The notes: generated by a model not told the origin, from the sequence alone. A stretch of DNA of 32,000 nucleotides from Haloferax volcanii DS2 (GCF_000025685.1 NC_013967.1:1020001-1052000); one strand, 5' to 3'. Shown: positions 1 through 8,818, counted from the first letter of the stretch. Translations and numbers: made by a program.

Positions 1-444
1 GAGTACGGCGACGGGAGCGTCTACCGGTTCGACCGCGAGGGCGGCATCGGCTGTCCCTGCGAGCGCGTCGAGGCGTTCGACTGCCCGGTCGTGGACGTGC
101 AGACGCGCGACGGCGCGCTGTTTCTGACGTTCCACGCGCCGGACGTGGAGACGCTCCGCGACGTGGTCGCCGCCCTCCGAGAGTCGTCGGGGTCGGTGGA
201 CGTGCGCCGGCTGCTCCAGTCGTCGACCGACGAGTCGCGGGACCTCGTGTTGGTCGAGCGCGGCCAGCTCACCGACCGCCAGCGCGAGGTGCTGGAGACG
301 GCCCACGAGATGGGCTACTTCGACCACCCGCGGCGCGCGAACAAAGGCGAGGTCGCGGCCGAACTCGGCATCACGACCTCGACGTTCTCCGAGCACCTCG
401 CCATGGCGCAGAAGAAGCTCATGGGTGCCATTCTCCAGGAGTGA
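1..444 (+). CDS. HTH_10 / bacterio-opsin-activator-type transcription regulator, C-terminal part (5' end lies outside the window)
   Basis: Frame 1 is open from base 1 (EYGDGSVYRFDREGG...) into the listed 91..444 ORF. The C-terminus QLTDRQREVLETAHEMGYFDHPRRANKGEVAAELGITTSTFSEHLAMAQKKL is the typical haloarchaeal HTH_10 DNA-binding module. Confidence 0.8.
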   Translation, partial: EYGDGSVYRFDREGGIGCPCERVEAFDCPVVDVQTRDGALFLTFHAPDVETLRDVVAALRESSGSVDVRRLLQSSTDESRDLVLVERGQLTDRQREVLETAHEMGYFDHPRRANKGEVAAELGITTSTFSEHLAMAQKKLMGAILQE

Positions 445-538
445 CGAGATGAGACGTGTCGCCGGGGTATCAGTCCCCCGTGAATGCAGGGTGCGCCACC
501 TCGGGGCCCCGCGGCGTACCACTAGCCGGTGAGCAACG

Positions 539-673
539 ATGCGCGAGTTCGACGTGACCTGTCCCGAGTGCGGCGAGCGCTACCGGGTCAACGAGCCGAT
601 GATGCGGACGCTCCGGGAGACCGGCTGCGTCCTCTGTACCGCGCCGCTGAACGACGCCGCGAAGTCAGCGTGA
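539..673 (+). CDS. small zinc-ribbon protein (44 aa, two CxxC pairs), below the ORF-track length cutoff
   Basis: ATG 539, TGA 671-673. Translation is MREFDVTCPECGERYRVNEPMMRTLRETGCVLCTAPLNDAAKSA. CPEC and CVLC are spaced 17 residues apart, as in the CPxCG-type zinc-finger microproteins common in haloarchaea. Codon usage matches neighbouring genes. Confidence 0.55.
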   Translation: MREFDVTCPECGERYRVNEPMMRTLRETGCVLCTAPLNDAAKSA

Positions 674-706
674 CGCCGACGCCGCGCTCGCCGCGGCCGC
701 TTACGC

Positions 707-1228
707 TTACTCGACGACGACGACGCCGACCATGCCGAGCGTCTCGTGGGGGACGCAGACGTACTTGTACTCGCCGGACTCCTCGAACGTGTACTCGAAG
801 GTGTGGCCCTCGGAGACGGTGAGTTCCGACTCGAACAGGCCGTCTTCGCGGTTGACGACGTTGTGCGTCCCGCCGTTTCCGGTCCACTCCCAGACGACCG
901 TCGTTCCCGGCGAGACCTGCACCGCGGCGGGGGCGAACGCGTAGCCGCCGCCGTTGCCTGCCGCGCCGACCGCGACCGTCACGCTGTCCTGTCCCGTCAG
1001 GTCGTGGACGCCGTCGTAGTTTTGCGTCCGGTCGAACCAGCCGCCGAAGTCCCGCATCTCGTGGTCGGCCGTGTCGTCCCCGCCGGACGTGTCGCCGCCG
1101 GCTCCGTCGCCGTCGCCCGCGCCGCCGGAGCCGTCGCCGGACGAACTCGAACAGCCCGCAAGCAGCGCGATACCAGTCGAAGCCGCCGTTGCGTGGAGAA
1201 ACGACCGCCGGGAAACCCGTTGCGTCAT
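707..1228 (-). CDS. halocyanin (type-1 blue copper protein), Tat-secreted lipoprotein
   Basis: The N-terminus MTQRVSRRSFLHATAASTGIALLAGC carries a twin-arginine motif and a lipobox Cys. The C-terminus YVCVPHETLGMVGVVVVE carries Cys-x2-His-x4-Met copper ligands, with an upstream His in GGTHNVV. Confidence 0.9.
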   Translation of the reverse strand: MTQRVSRRSFLHATAASTGIALLAGCSSSSGDGSGGAGDGDGAGGDTSGGDDTADHEMRDFGGWFDRTQNYDGVHDLTGQDSVTVAVGAAGNGGGYAFAPAAVQVSPGTTVVWEWTGNGGTHNVVNREDGLFESELTVSEGHTFEYTFEESGEYKYVCVPHETLGMVGVVVVE

Positions 1229-1328
1229 TAGCTGGCTCTAGTGAGCGGCCGAACAAGTCGAAAGCTTCGATTCCCACGCGCTGAAAACGGGCGAAACGAG
1301 CGTGACCGTCCCGCCCGAAGGCGACGGC

Positions 1329-1658
1329 ATGGACGACGACGACCCGAGGCGACGACCGCGAATCGACGGCAGCCGCCAGTGGGAAGTGTTCTACCGCGAC
1401 GTGCCGACCGAGCCGATGCGCCACGTCGGCAGCGTGAGCGCGCCCTCCGAGGACCTCGCGACCGAGCAGGCGCGGACGCTGTTCGGCGGCGGCGACGCGG
1501 ACCTCTGGCTCGCGCCGGCCGACGAGTTCCTCCGACTCGGCGGGAACGACCTCGCCGCGAAGGGCGAGGAGTCGACCGACGGGACGGAACACGGCGGGAT
1601 GGAGCACGACGGTGCGGGGGACGCCCGCGGTGCCGAAAACGGGGTGTCCGCCGAGTGA
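1329..1658 (+). CDS. small PaaB-fold-like protein with an acidic His/Met-rich tail, partner of the downstream radical SAM enzyme (alternative GTG start at 1302)
   Basis: The core QWEVFYRDVPTEPMRHVGSVSAPSEDLATEQARTLFGGGDADLWLAPADEF aligns by eye with the PaaB signature (YEVFVR...HRHVGS..A.....ALE.AR.......IWVV...E). The stop TGA at 1656-1658 overlaps the GTG start of the next gene. Confidence 0.7.
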   Translation: MDDDDPRRRPRIDGSRQWEVFYRDVPTEPMRHVGSVSAPSEDLATEQARTLFGGGDADLWLAPADEFLRLGGNDLAAKGEESTDGTEHGGMEHDGAGDARGAENGVSAE

Positions 1659-2863
1659 TTTCCATCAGCAAGCTCCTCTGCGGGCAGGGAGCCGAGGGCG
1701 ACGGTCTCCGCTACGACGACCCCGACGCCGACATCGAGCAGATACGCGAGGAGAAACAGAAACGTCCGGTCGTCGTCTGGAACACGACGCGGCGCTGTAA
1801 CCTCTACTGCGAACACTGCTACGCCGGGGCCGACCTCGACCCCGCGCAGGGCGAACTCTCGACCGCCGAGGCGAAGGGCCTCATCGACGACCTCGCGGCC
1901 TACGACGTGCCGGTGCTCCTGTTTTCGGGGGGCGAACCGCTCGTCCGCGAGGACCTCGTCGAACTCGTCGATTACGCGACCGACGCCGGCATCCGGGCGG
2001 TGCTTTCGACCAACGGGACGCTCATCACCGAGGAGAAAGCCCGGGCGCTCCGCGACGCCGGCCTCTCGTACGCCGGCGTCTCCGTCGACGGCTTGGAGGA
2101 ACGCAACGACCGCTTCCGCGGGAAAGACGGCGCGTTCGACGCCGCCGTCCGCGGCATCGAAAACTGCCTCTCGGTGGGGCTCAAGACCGGCCTCCGGTAC
2201 ACCATCACCGAGCACAACGCCGCCGACATGGAGGACGTGGTAGACCTGCTGTACGACGTGGGCGTCGACCGCTTCTGTTTCTACCACCTCGACTACGGCG
2301 GCCGCGGCGGCGACATCGCCGACGCCGACCTCGACGACGAGGCCCAGCGCCGCGCCGTCCGCCGGCTGTTCGACATGACCCGCGAGTACCACGCCGAGGG
2401 CGAGGAGATAGAGACGCTCTTGGTCGGCAACTACGCCGACTCCGCCTACGTGGTCGAGTACGCCGAGGAGGAGCTCGGACGCGACCACGCCGAGCGGATT
2501 CACCGGTATCTCCGCGTCAACGGCGGCGACCCGACCGGCGAGCGCGTCGCCGACGTGGACTACCGCGGCGACGTGCACCTCACGCAGTTCTGGCAGGGGT
2601 ACAGCCTCGGCAACGTCCGGGACCGCCCGTTCGGTGACATCTGGGACGACGAGTCGAACCCGCTTCTCGCCAAACTCCGCGAGCGGGAAGAACACCTCAC
2701 CGGCAAGTGCGCGACCTGCCAGTATCAGGACGTCTGCCGCGGCTCCTCGCGGCTTCGGTCGCTCGCGGCGACGGGCGAACTGTTCGGGCCCGACCCGCAG
2801 TGTTACCTGACGCCCGACGAGCGCGGCGCGGGTGCCGACGCGAGTCCGGGCGCGGCCGACTGA
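1655..2863 (+). CDS. radical SAM/SPASM enzyme of the NirJ/AhbC/AhbD (alternative heme biosynthesis) type
   Basis: From GTG 1655 the protein reads MISISKLLCGQGAEGDGLRYDD...KRPVVVWNTTRRCNLYCEHCY, which is a CxxxCxxC radical SAM cluster with the NirJ/Ahb-type N-terminus. The C-terminal Cys-rich GKCATCQYQDVCRGSSR...PQCY is SPASM-like. The part of the listed ORF upstream of 1655 is Arg-rich and overlaps the 1329..1658 gene in another frame. Confidence 0.9.
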   Translation: MISISKLLCGQGAEGDGLRYDDPDADIEQIREEKQKRPVVVWNTTRRCNLYCEHCYAGADLDPAQGELSTAEAKGLIDDLAAYDVPVLLFSGGEPLVREDLVELVDYATDAGIRAVLSTNGTLITEEKARALRDAGLSYAGVSVDGLEERNDRFRGKDGAFDAAVRGIENCLSVGLKTGLRYTITEHNAADMEDVVDLLYDVGVDRFCFYHLDYGGRGGDIADADLDDEAQRRAVRRLFDMTREYHAEGEEIETLLVGNYADSAYVVEYAEEELGRDHAERIHRYLRVNGGDPTGERVADVDYRGDVHLTQFWQGYSLGNVRDRPFGDIWDDESNPLLAKLREREEHLTGKCATCQYQDVCRGSSRLRSLAATGELFGPDPQCYLTPDERGAGADASPGAAD

Positions 2864-2914
2864 GCGCGGCCGACCCCGCCGTCTCCTTTCACCCGCTGGG
2901 AACGCTCCGTACGC

Positions 2915-2922
2915 TTATTTTT
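2915..2922 (+). promoter_or_regulatory. TTATTTTT element: a TATA-like box for the 2943 gene and/or an oligo-T terminator for the rSAM operon
   Basis: This is the only AT-rich stretch in the 2864-2942 spacer. It ends about 20 nt upstream of ATG 2943 and lies about 50 nt after the rSAM stop. Confidence 0.3.
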
Positions 2923-2942
2923 CGTCGACTCCAACCGCGGCT

Positions 2943-3128
2943 ATGGAAACCAAACGGGGAGTTCCGAACATCCTCGGGAACGGGCTCGTCGGCGTCGGTC
3001 TCGTCATCTTCGCCGTCGCGGTCGCGGACGCGGTCGGCGTCGTGGACGCGCGCTTTTCGCCCGGCGTCTACCTGATTTTCGTGGCGATTAGCTTCGTTCT
3101 CGCGTGGCTGTTGCGGTCGCTGACGTAG
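2943..3128 (+). CDS. small membrane protein (61 aa, two predicted TM helices)
   Basis: Internal ATG of the listed 2832..3128 ORF. Translation is METKRGVPNILGNGLVGVGLVIFAVAVADAVGVVDARFSPGVYLIFVAISFVLAWLLRSLT, with two hydrophobic segments. No family recognised. Confidence 0.45.
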   Translation: METKRGVPNILGNGLVGVGLVIFAVAVADAVGVVDARFSPGVYLIFVAISFVLAWLLRSLT

Positions 3129-3194
3129 GGCGCACCGAACGAAAGTCGAGAGAAACCCGAGAGACGAACGCCGAGCGCGAGCGCGCGAGACCGC

Positions 3195-4244
3195 CTATTC
3201 GGCCGCGCCCGCGGCCGCCTGCTTCTCCTCGCGTTCGAGCTCTTCGAGGTAGTCGTCGGCGTCGAGGGCGGCCTTCACGCCCATGCCGCCGGCGGTCGCG
3301 GCCTGCTGGTAGTGGTAGTCGACCACGTCGCCCGCGGCGAAGATGCCGGGCACGTCGGTCGCGGTCTGGCCGCCGCCGGAGCCGCCCTTGGCGACGATGT
3401 AGCCGTCGTCGTCGCGCTGGACGCCCGTGCCGTCGAGGTAGTCGGCGTTCGGCGTGTGGCCGATGGCGTAGAACACCGCGCCCACGTCGAAGTCGAACTC
3501 CTCGGTCTCGGGGTCGTCGAGCTTGTCGCTCGGGTGGCCCTCGGGGTTGCGGACGAGCGTCACGTGGTCGACGCCCTCCTCGGGCGAGCCGTGCAGCTCG
3601 GTCGCCTCGGTGTTGAGCATGAGTTCGATTTCTCCCTCGTCGACCTTCTCCATCAGGCGGTCGACCCAGTAGTCCTCGGCGCGGAACTCCTCGCGGCGGT
3701 GGACGAGGTACACCGTCGAGGCGAACTTGGTGAGGAAGTTGGCCTCCTCGACGGCGGCGTCGCCCCCGCCGATGACCATGATTTTCTCGTCGCGGAAGAA
3801 CGCGCCGTCACAGGTCGCACACGTCGACAGCCCGTAGCCCATCAGGTTCTCCTCGCCGGGGATGCCGAGGGTGCGGGCCGACGCGCCCGACGCCGCGATG
3901 AGGGCGTCCGCAGTGTACACGTCGCCGTTCTTGAGCGTGACCGTGAACGGTCGCTCCGAGGCGTCCACGTCCTCGATGATGCCGTGGCGAATCTCCGTGC
4001 CGAAGCGCTCGGCCTGCTCTTTCATGTTGTTGATGAGCTCCGGGCCGGAGATGCCCTCGGGGAAACCGGGGTAGTTGTCGACCTCGGTCGTGAGCGTGAG
4101 CTGTCCGCCCGGCTCGTCGCCCTCGAGCACCAGCGGCTCGTTGTTGGAGCGGGCCGCGTAGATGGCAGACGAGAGCCCGGAGATACCCGAGCCGGCGATG
4201 ATGAGTTTCCTGTGTTCCACGAACGAATCGGCGTCCTCTGTCAT
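3195..4244 (-). CDS. trxB: thioredoxin-disulfide reductase
   Basis: FAD-binding IIAGSGISGLSSAIYAAR, redox-active CATCDG, and a second dinucleotide motif VIGGGDAAVEEANFL. Confidence 0.92.
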   Translation of the reverse strand: MTEDADSFVEHRKLIIAGSGISGLSSAIYAARSNNEPLVLEGDEPGGQLTLTTEVDNYPGFPEGISGPELINNMKEQAERFGTEIRHGIIEDVDASERPFTVTLKNGDVYTADALIAASGASARTLGIPGEENLMGYGLSTCATCDGAFFRDEKIMVIGGGDAAVEEANFLTKFASTVYLVHRREEFRAEDYWVDRLMEKVDEGEIELMLNTEATELHGSPEEGVDHVTLVRNPEGHPSDKLDDPETEEFDFDVGAVFYAIGHTPNADYLDGTGVQRDDDGYIVAKGGSGGGQTATDVPGIFAAGDVVDYHYQQAATAGGMGVKAALDADDYLEELEREEKQAAAGAAE

Positions 4245-4385
4245 AGCCGATAGTTCGCTACACCGGCGTCTTAAGGTTTCGCTGTATTGCGAGGCGCGCT
4301 ACACCACCGGCACGACAACGCATGCCACGGCTCTCGCGGCGCGCGGAGCGAAAGACCGGTATCTGTCGCGGACGCACGACTCCGC

Positions 4386-4670
4386 ATGGCCGCCGACTTA
4401 CAGGAGAAGACGAACCGCTACGAGGGGATGCTCGCCGACGCGCTCGACGAGGCGGTGCAGGCCGTCCCCGACGAGACGCACCTCGGCGCCGCCGCCGCCG
4501 ACTGTCTGGAGATGGCCGAGTCCTACCTCGACGACGGCCGGCACTTCAAAGCCGACGACGACTGGGTGAACGCGCTGGCGTCCTTTTCGTACGGCTACGG
4601 CTGGCTGGATGCGGGCGTCAGGATGGGTCTGTTCGATATTCCGGACGACTCGCACCTGTTTACGATGTGA
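4386..4670 (+). CDS. DUF357-family protein
   Basis: Internal ATG of the listed 4287..4670 ORF. MAADLQEKTNRYEG...AESYLDDGRHFKADDDWVNALASFSYGYGWLDAGVRMGLF matches the conserved archaeal DUF357 pattern. The upstream part of the ORF is basic and atypical. Confidence 0.75.
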   Translation: MAADLQEKTNRYEGMLADALDEAVQAVPDETHLGAAAADCLEMAESYLDDGRHFKADDDWVNALASFSYGYGWLDAGVRMGLFDIPDDSHLFTM

Positions 4671-4688
4671 GCCGGGGAGCCGGGAGGA

Positions 4689-6176
4689 TTACTCGAACCG
4701 GAACGTCGCGCCGTCGGGGCCGTCTTCGACGTCGACGCCGAGCGCCGTCAGGTCGTCGCGCAGGTCGTCGGCGCGCTCGTAGTTGCCGGCCTCGCGCTCG
4801 GCCTCGCGCACGTCCAAGACGAGTTGGACGAGGTCCTCCGCGACCGACACGTCGCCGCCCTCGCCCGCGTCGCCGAACGAGAGGCCGAACACCTCGCCGC
4901 CGAGGTCCTCGAACGCCTCGACGGCCCGGCGGAGCGCGCGGTAGTCGTACTCGTCGGCGTCGGCGACGTGGCGGTTGACCGCGCCGGCGAGGCCGAGCAG
5001 TTCGGCCATCGCCTCGCGGACGTTGAAGTCGTCGTTCATCGCCTCGCGGAAGTTCTCGCGGGTCTCGGTCACGGTGTCGCGGAGGTCGGTCGCCTCGACT
5101 TTCGTCCGGGCGTCGGGGCTGTCGACCGCGTCGACGGCGGCCTCGTAGGCGCGTTCGAGGCGCTCCCAGCGCTCTTCGGCCTCGGCGATGGTCTCGGCGG
5201 AGTACGTCTGCTCGGAGCCGTAGGCCGTCGAGAGGTAGAACGTCCGAATCACGTCCGCGCCGAACTCGTCGAGGGCGTCGCCGACGGTGAAGAAGTTTCC
5301 GAGGCTCGAACTCATCTTGTCGCCTTCCGTCTGGAGCAGGCCGACGTGGAGCCAGTAGCGGGCGAACTGCTGGCCGGTCGCCGCCTCAGACTGGGCGATT
5401 TCGTTTTCGTGGTGCGGGAACACGAGGTCGCGGCCGCCGACGTGGATGTCGAGGGTGTCTCCGAGGTGCGTCATCGACATCGCGGAGCACTCGATGTGCC
5501 AGCCGGGGCGGCCCTCACCCCACGGCGACTCCCACGTCTCGCCGCAGGGTGCGTGGAGCGGTTCGAGGTCGGGGTCGCGGTGTTCGGCGGCCGTCTTGGG
5601 GTCGACCGCGCCGGCCTTCCAGAGCGCGAAGTCGGTCGGGTTGCGCTTCTCGGAGCGCTCGTCTTTCGTCGCCCGCGACTCCAGTTCTTCGAGCTTCTGG
5701 TTCGAGAGCTTCCCGTAGTCGTCGAACGTGGACACGTCGAAGTAGACGGAGCCGTTGGACTCGTAGGCGTGGCCGCGGTCGACGAGCGTCTGCACGAGGT
5801 CGATAATCTCGGGGATGTGCTCGGAGACGCGCGGGTAGACCTCGGCGCGCTTCAGGTTCAGCCCGCGCATGTCGCGAATCACGTCGCCGACGAAGTGCTC
5901 GGCGACGCCCGCCTCGTCGTCTCCGAGGTCGTCCTCGCCGATGCGGGCGGCTATCTTCTCGTTCACGTCGGTGAAGTTCTCGACGTGGCGCACGTCGTAA
6001 CCCTCGTAGTCCAGCCAGCGGTGCATCAGGTCGGCGTGCATCCACAGGCGGGCGTGGCCGAGGTGCGCGTGGTCCGAGACCGTCAGTCCACAGACGTAGA
6101 GCAACACTTCGTCGCCGTGCGACTCGAACTCCTCGCGCTCTCCCGTCAGGGTGTTGGTCACGGACAGGGTCATCAC
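4689..6176 (-). CDS. cysS: cysteine--tRNA ligase
   Basis: Class I HIGH-type motif VSDHAHLGHAR, KMSSSLGN (KMSKS), and Zn/Cys-site context typical of CysRS (GWHIECSAMS). Confidence 0.95.
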   Translation of the reverse strand: MMTLSVTNTLTGEREEFESHGDEVLLYVCGLTVSDHAHLGHARLWMHADLMHRWLDYEGYDVRHVENFTDVNEKIAARIGEDDLGDDEAGVAEHFVGDVIRDMRGLNLKRAEVYPRVSEHIPEIIDLVQTLVDRGHAYESNGSVYFDVSTFDDYGKLSNQKLEELESRATKDERSEKRNPTDFALWKAGAVDPKTAAEHRDPDLEPLHAPCGETWESPWGEGRPGWHIECSAMSMTHLGDTLDIHVGGRDLVFPHHENEIAQSEAATGQQFARYWLHVGLLQTEGDKMSSSLGNFFTVGDALDEFGADVIRTFYLSTAYGSEQTYSAETIAEAEERWERLERAYEAAVDAVDSPDARTKVEATDLRDTVTETRENFREAMNDDFNVREAMAELLGLAGAVNRHVADADEYDYRALRRAVEAFEDLGGEVFGLSFGDAGEGGDVSVAEDLVQLVLDVREAEREAGNYERADDLRDDLTALGVDVEDGPDGATFRFE

Positions 6177-6289
6177 ACTCGGCTACTTCCGGGACCACTT
6201 TCAACCCGTCGGAAGCGCGGCCGGGCCGGCGTCGATACGCGGTCGCCCGCCGAGGCGACCGCCGCGCCGTCGTCACCTCATCGCAGCGG

Positions 6290-8080
6290 TTACTTCGTCC
6301 ACTCCGGGCGGTCGGCCTCGCCGCGGCGAATTTTCGCCAGCGTCTCCTCCGAGAGCAGTCGCTTGACGAACGCCGGAATCCGGTCGGTCGGGTCGGCGGT
6401 CGCATCGTCGCCGGTCGGGGTGGACGCCGCGCCGCCGACTCGGTCGCCCGTCGGACTTGCAGGTCCCGTCCCTCCTCCGACCGCGCGGTCGGCGTTCGCC
6501 GCCGACGCGAGCGCGTAGTGGCCGCCTCTGGTGGCGACGCCGCCGTCGGTCGTCGTCTCGGCGCGCCGGCGGAACGATTCGAGGTCGGCCTCGCGGTCCA
6601 ACTCCTCGACGGCCGTGTCGAGGTCGGCGGCCTGTTCGGCCTGCTCGGAGACGCTCTCGGAGATGCGGTCTATCTCCGCGGTCACCTCGTCGACCTGCGT
6701 CGCCGCGTCGTCGACGAAGGTGGCGATGTCGGAGGTGAGCGTCGCCTGCTCGTCGGTCGCCCGCGCCACCTCGTCGATGCCGTCGGTCACGTCGGCGACC
6801 GAGTCGGTTATCTCGTCGAGGCTCTCGACGGTCGATTCGACCCGCTCGATGCCGTGGTCGATGTTCTCGTCGGCCGACGACAGCGCCTCGGCGGTGTCCT
6901 CGATGTGGTCTGTCACGTCCTCTATCATCTGGCCGATGCGCTCGGCCTGCGACTTCGACTCGTTCGCGAGCGACTTCACCTCGTCCGCGACGACGGCGAA
7001 GCCGGAGCCGGCCTCGCCGGCGCGAGCGGCCTCGATGGAGGCGTTGAGCGCGAGCAGGTTCGTCCGGTCGGCCACCTCGTCGATGACCTCGACGATGTCC
7101 TGAATCTCGTCGATGGCGGCCACGAGCGCCTCGACGTTCACGGTTATCTCGTCGCGGTCGTCGCCGACCTGCCGCATCGCGTCGATTGCCTCGCCGGCCT
7201 CGGCGCGGCCCTCCTCGGCCCGCGTGGTGGCCTCGTCGCTCCGCGAGGACACGTCGTCGGCGGTGGCCGCGACCTCCTCGACGGTCGCGCTGAGGTTCGA
7301 CAGTTCGGCGGCGATTTCCTCGGTCATGTCGGCCTGCCGGGCCGCCAACCCCTCGATTTCCACGATGCTCTCGCTCGTGCCGGCGGTCTCCTCGTGGAGC
7401 TGGGATGCGACCGACTCTAAGTCCCCGCGGCTCTCTCTGGCCCGGCGGACCTCCTCGCGGACGTCCAGCGAGTACGAGTAGAGGTAGGTCGCGTTGACGA
7501 CCTGTCGGTCGAGGTTGAGCCCGCGGACGACCGCCATCATGTCCGCGAACGCCTCGTCGACGGCGTCTTCGACGCGGTCGGCGTCCTCGCCCGACAGCGA
7601 CTCGGTGGCGTCGGCGACGGCGCGCCCGCGGAGTTCGTCCGCGAAGATGCCGGTGACGTTGGCGAACATCCCGCCGAAGTAGTGCAGCGGCATGTCGAGT
7701 TTGTCGTGGAGCAGGCCGATTCGCGTGCGCGCCGCGTAGTGGTTCTGGTCGTAGTTCCCGTCGGTGAACGAGCGGTAGTAGCCGGAGACGACCGCGCGGA
7801 GGCCGTCGAGGTCGGTCTTCGAGCGGTCGATGACGTCCGTCGTCCGCTCGTTCGCGAGAATCGGCTCGACGAAGCCGTCGACGAGCGCCTCGTCGCGGGC
7901 CTCGACGACGCCCCGGAGGTCGGCGAGGCGCGCGGCGTCCTCGTCGTCGAAGCCGACGAACGACTGCCGCCAGCCCAACTCGTCGGCGTCGAGGTCGAGT
8001 TCGTCGAGGAGTTCCGTGGATGAAAGCGAGATGTTGCCGTCGTCGTCGCGGGGGCTGGGCGAAACCATTGACGAACTCAC
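6290..8080 (-). CDS. hemAT: globin-coupled methyl-accepting transducer (HemAT-type aerotaxis sensor) with a C-terminal extension
   Basis: The N-terminus [18 protein letters not shown]...[27 protein letters not shown] resembles the HemAT-Hs sensor globin (AWRLSFTGIDDD...AAQRARIGKIHDVLGL). The MCP signalling hairpin [32 protein letters not shown] is present. Confidence 0.85.
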   Translation of the reverse strand: MSSSMVSPSPRDDDGNISLSSTELLDELDLDADELGWRQSFVGFDDEDAARLADLRGVVEARDEALVDGFVEPILANERTTDVIDRSKTDLDGLRAVVSGYYRSFTDGNYDQNHYAARTRIGLLHDKLDMPLHYFGGMFANVTGIFADELRGRAVADATESLSGEDADRVEDAVDEAFADMMAVVRGLNLDRQVVNATYLYSYSLDVREEVRRARESRGDLESVASQLHEETAGTSESIVEIEGLAARQADMTEEIAAELSNLSATVEEVAATADDVSSRSDEATTRAEEGRAEAGEAIDAMRQVGDDRDEITVNVEALVAAIDEIQDIVEVIDEVADRTNLLALNASIEAARAGEAGSGFAVVADEVKSLANESKSQAERIGQMIEDVTDHIEDTAEALSSADENIDHGIERVESTVESLDEITDSVADVTDGIDEVARATDEQATLTSDIATFVDDAATQVDEVTAEIDRISESVSEQAEQAADLDTAVEELDREADLESFRRRAETTTDGGVATRGGHYALASAANADRAVGGGTGPASPTGDRVGGAASTPTGDDATADPTDRIPAFVKRLLSEETLAKIRRGEADRPEWTK

Positions 8081-8134
8081 CGGCTCCGAGGTAATAAGCG
8101 CCGGCCGCCGGCTATCACGGTTGATATCCGGGGA

Positions 8135-8629
8135 TCAGACGTATAAATCGCTGACGGCCGCTTCGACGACGCGGAGGGCGGCGGCCCCCTGTCGGCGCGG
8201 AACGACCACGGCGAGCGTGTCGCCCGCGACGCCCGCGGCGTCGACGACGACGGACTCGGCGTCGAGTCGGGAGAGAACGGCGGCGAGGACGGTCGGGTCG
8301 ACCTCGCCCTCAGCGATGATAGCCGTGAGCGGGCCGCCGCCCGCGAGGTCGACGCCGGCGACCGAGAGCACGGGTTCGCCATCGGTCACCTCGACGTCCT
8401 CGCCCACGAGGCCGACGCCGCTTCGCATCGTCACGGCGGCGTCTCGGGGGTCGGCTTCGAGCGGCGGGAGGTCGGCGGCGAACCGGCGGAGCGCGGCCGC
8501 GACCGCCTCGTCGTCGCCGAGGTCGAGTTCGGCCGCGGCGGCGGCGTAGTTGACGACGCCCGCGCGGAGCGCGGTGAGGAGGTACGGTCGTTCGCGGACT
8601 GCGTCGCGCGCGTCGGCGGCGAGGGACAT
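8135..8629 (-). CDS. conserved haloarchaeal hypothetical protein (acidic, Ala/Val-rich)
   Basis: 164-aa ORF with genome-typical codon bias and acidic composition. An oligo-T (minus strand, 8655-8660) lies about 27 nt upstream of the ATG. No family recognised. Confidence 0.65.
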   Translation of the reverse strand: MSLAADARDAVRERPYLLTALRAGVVNYAAAAAELDLGDDEAVAAALRRFAADLPPLEADPRDAAVTMRSGVGLVGEDVEVTDGEPVLSVAGVDLAGGGPLTAIIAEGEVDPTVLAAVLSRLDAESVVVDAAGVAGDTLAVVVPRRQGAAALRVVEAAVSDLYV

Positions 8630-8786
8630 GCCTCAGCCGTGGTCGGGCGCGCGCAAAAAAGCGCCGCTCGTCGGGCGCTGTCGCGGCCGTCTCGGAGGCG
8701 ACTCCCCGCCCCACCGCGTCGCGCCGCCTGAACGAGTAGTGAACGCGAGTTGGCCGAACCCGAAGATTCCTTTCTCCGATGCGAAG

Positions 8787-8795
8787 TTCATAAGA
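8787..8795 (+). promoter_or_regulatory. TATA-like box (TTCATAAGA) for cbiX
   Basis: AT-rich element centred about 28 nt upstream of ATG 8819 in otherwise GC-rich DNA. Confidence 0.3.
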
Positions 8796-8818
8796 CACTC
8801 CCCTCGTAACCCCCGGAC

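Noticed and set aside
588-1607. 339-aa minus-strand ORF, plus the sibling ORFs 529..822, 746..1231 and 1228..1671
   Set aside because: These are extremely Arg/Pro/Gly-rich shadow frames overlapping the well-supported halocyanin and PaaB-like genes. This is a typical artefact of GC-rich DNA with few stop codons.
1241-1654. N-terminal 138 aa of the listed 1241..2863 ORF
   Set aside because: This part is Arg-rich and has no similarity to rSAM N-termini. It overlaps the better-supported 1329..1658 gene. The NirJ/Ahb-type N-terminus begins exactly at GTG 1655.
4322-4978. 218-aa plus-strand ORF and other poly-Arg ORFs (3104..3616, 5515..6405, 8310..8798, 10086..10991, 11832..12647, 16717..17724, 16956..18095, 19340..20662, 21223..22341, 26783..27748)
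   Set aside because: Composition (runs of R, P, G) is incompatible with the acidic haloarchaeal proteome. Every one lies within or antisense to a gene with clear motifs.
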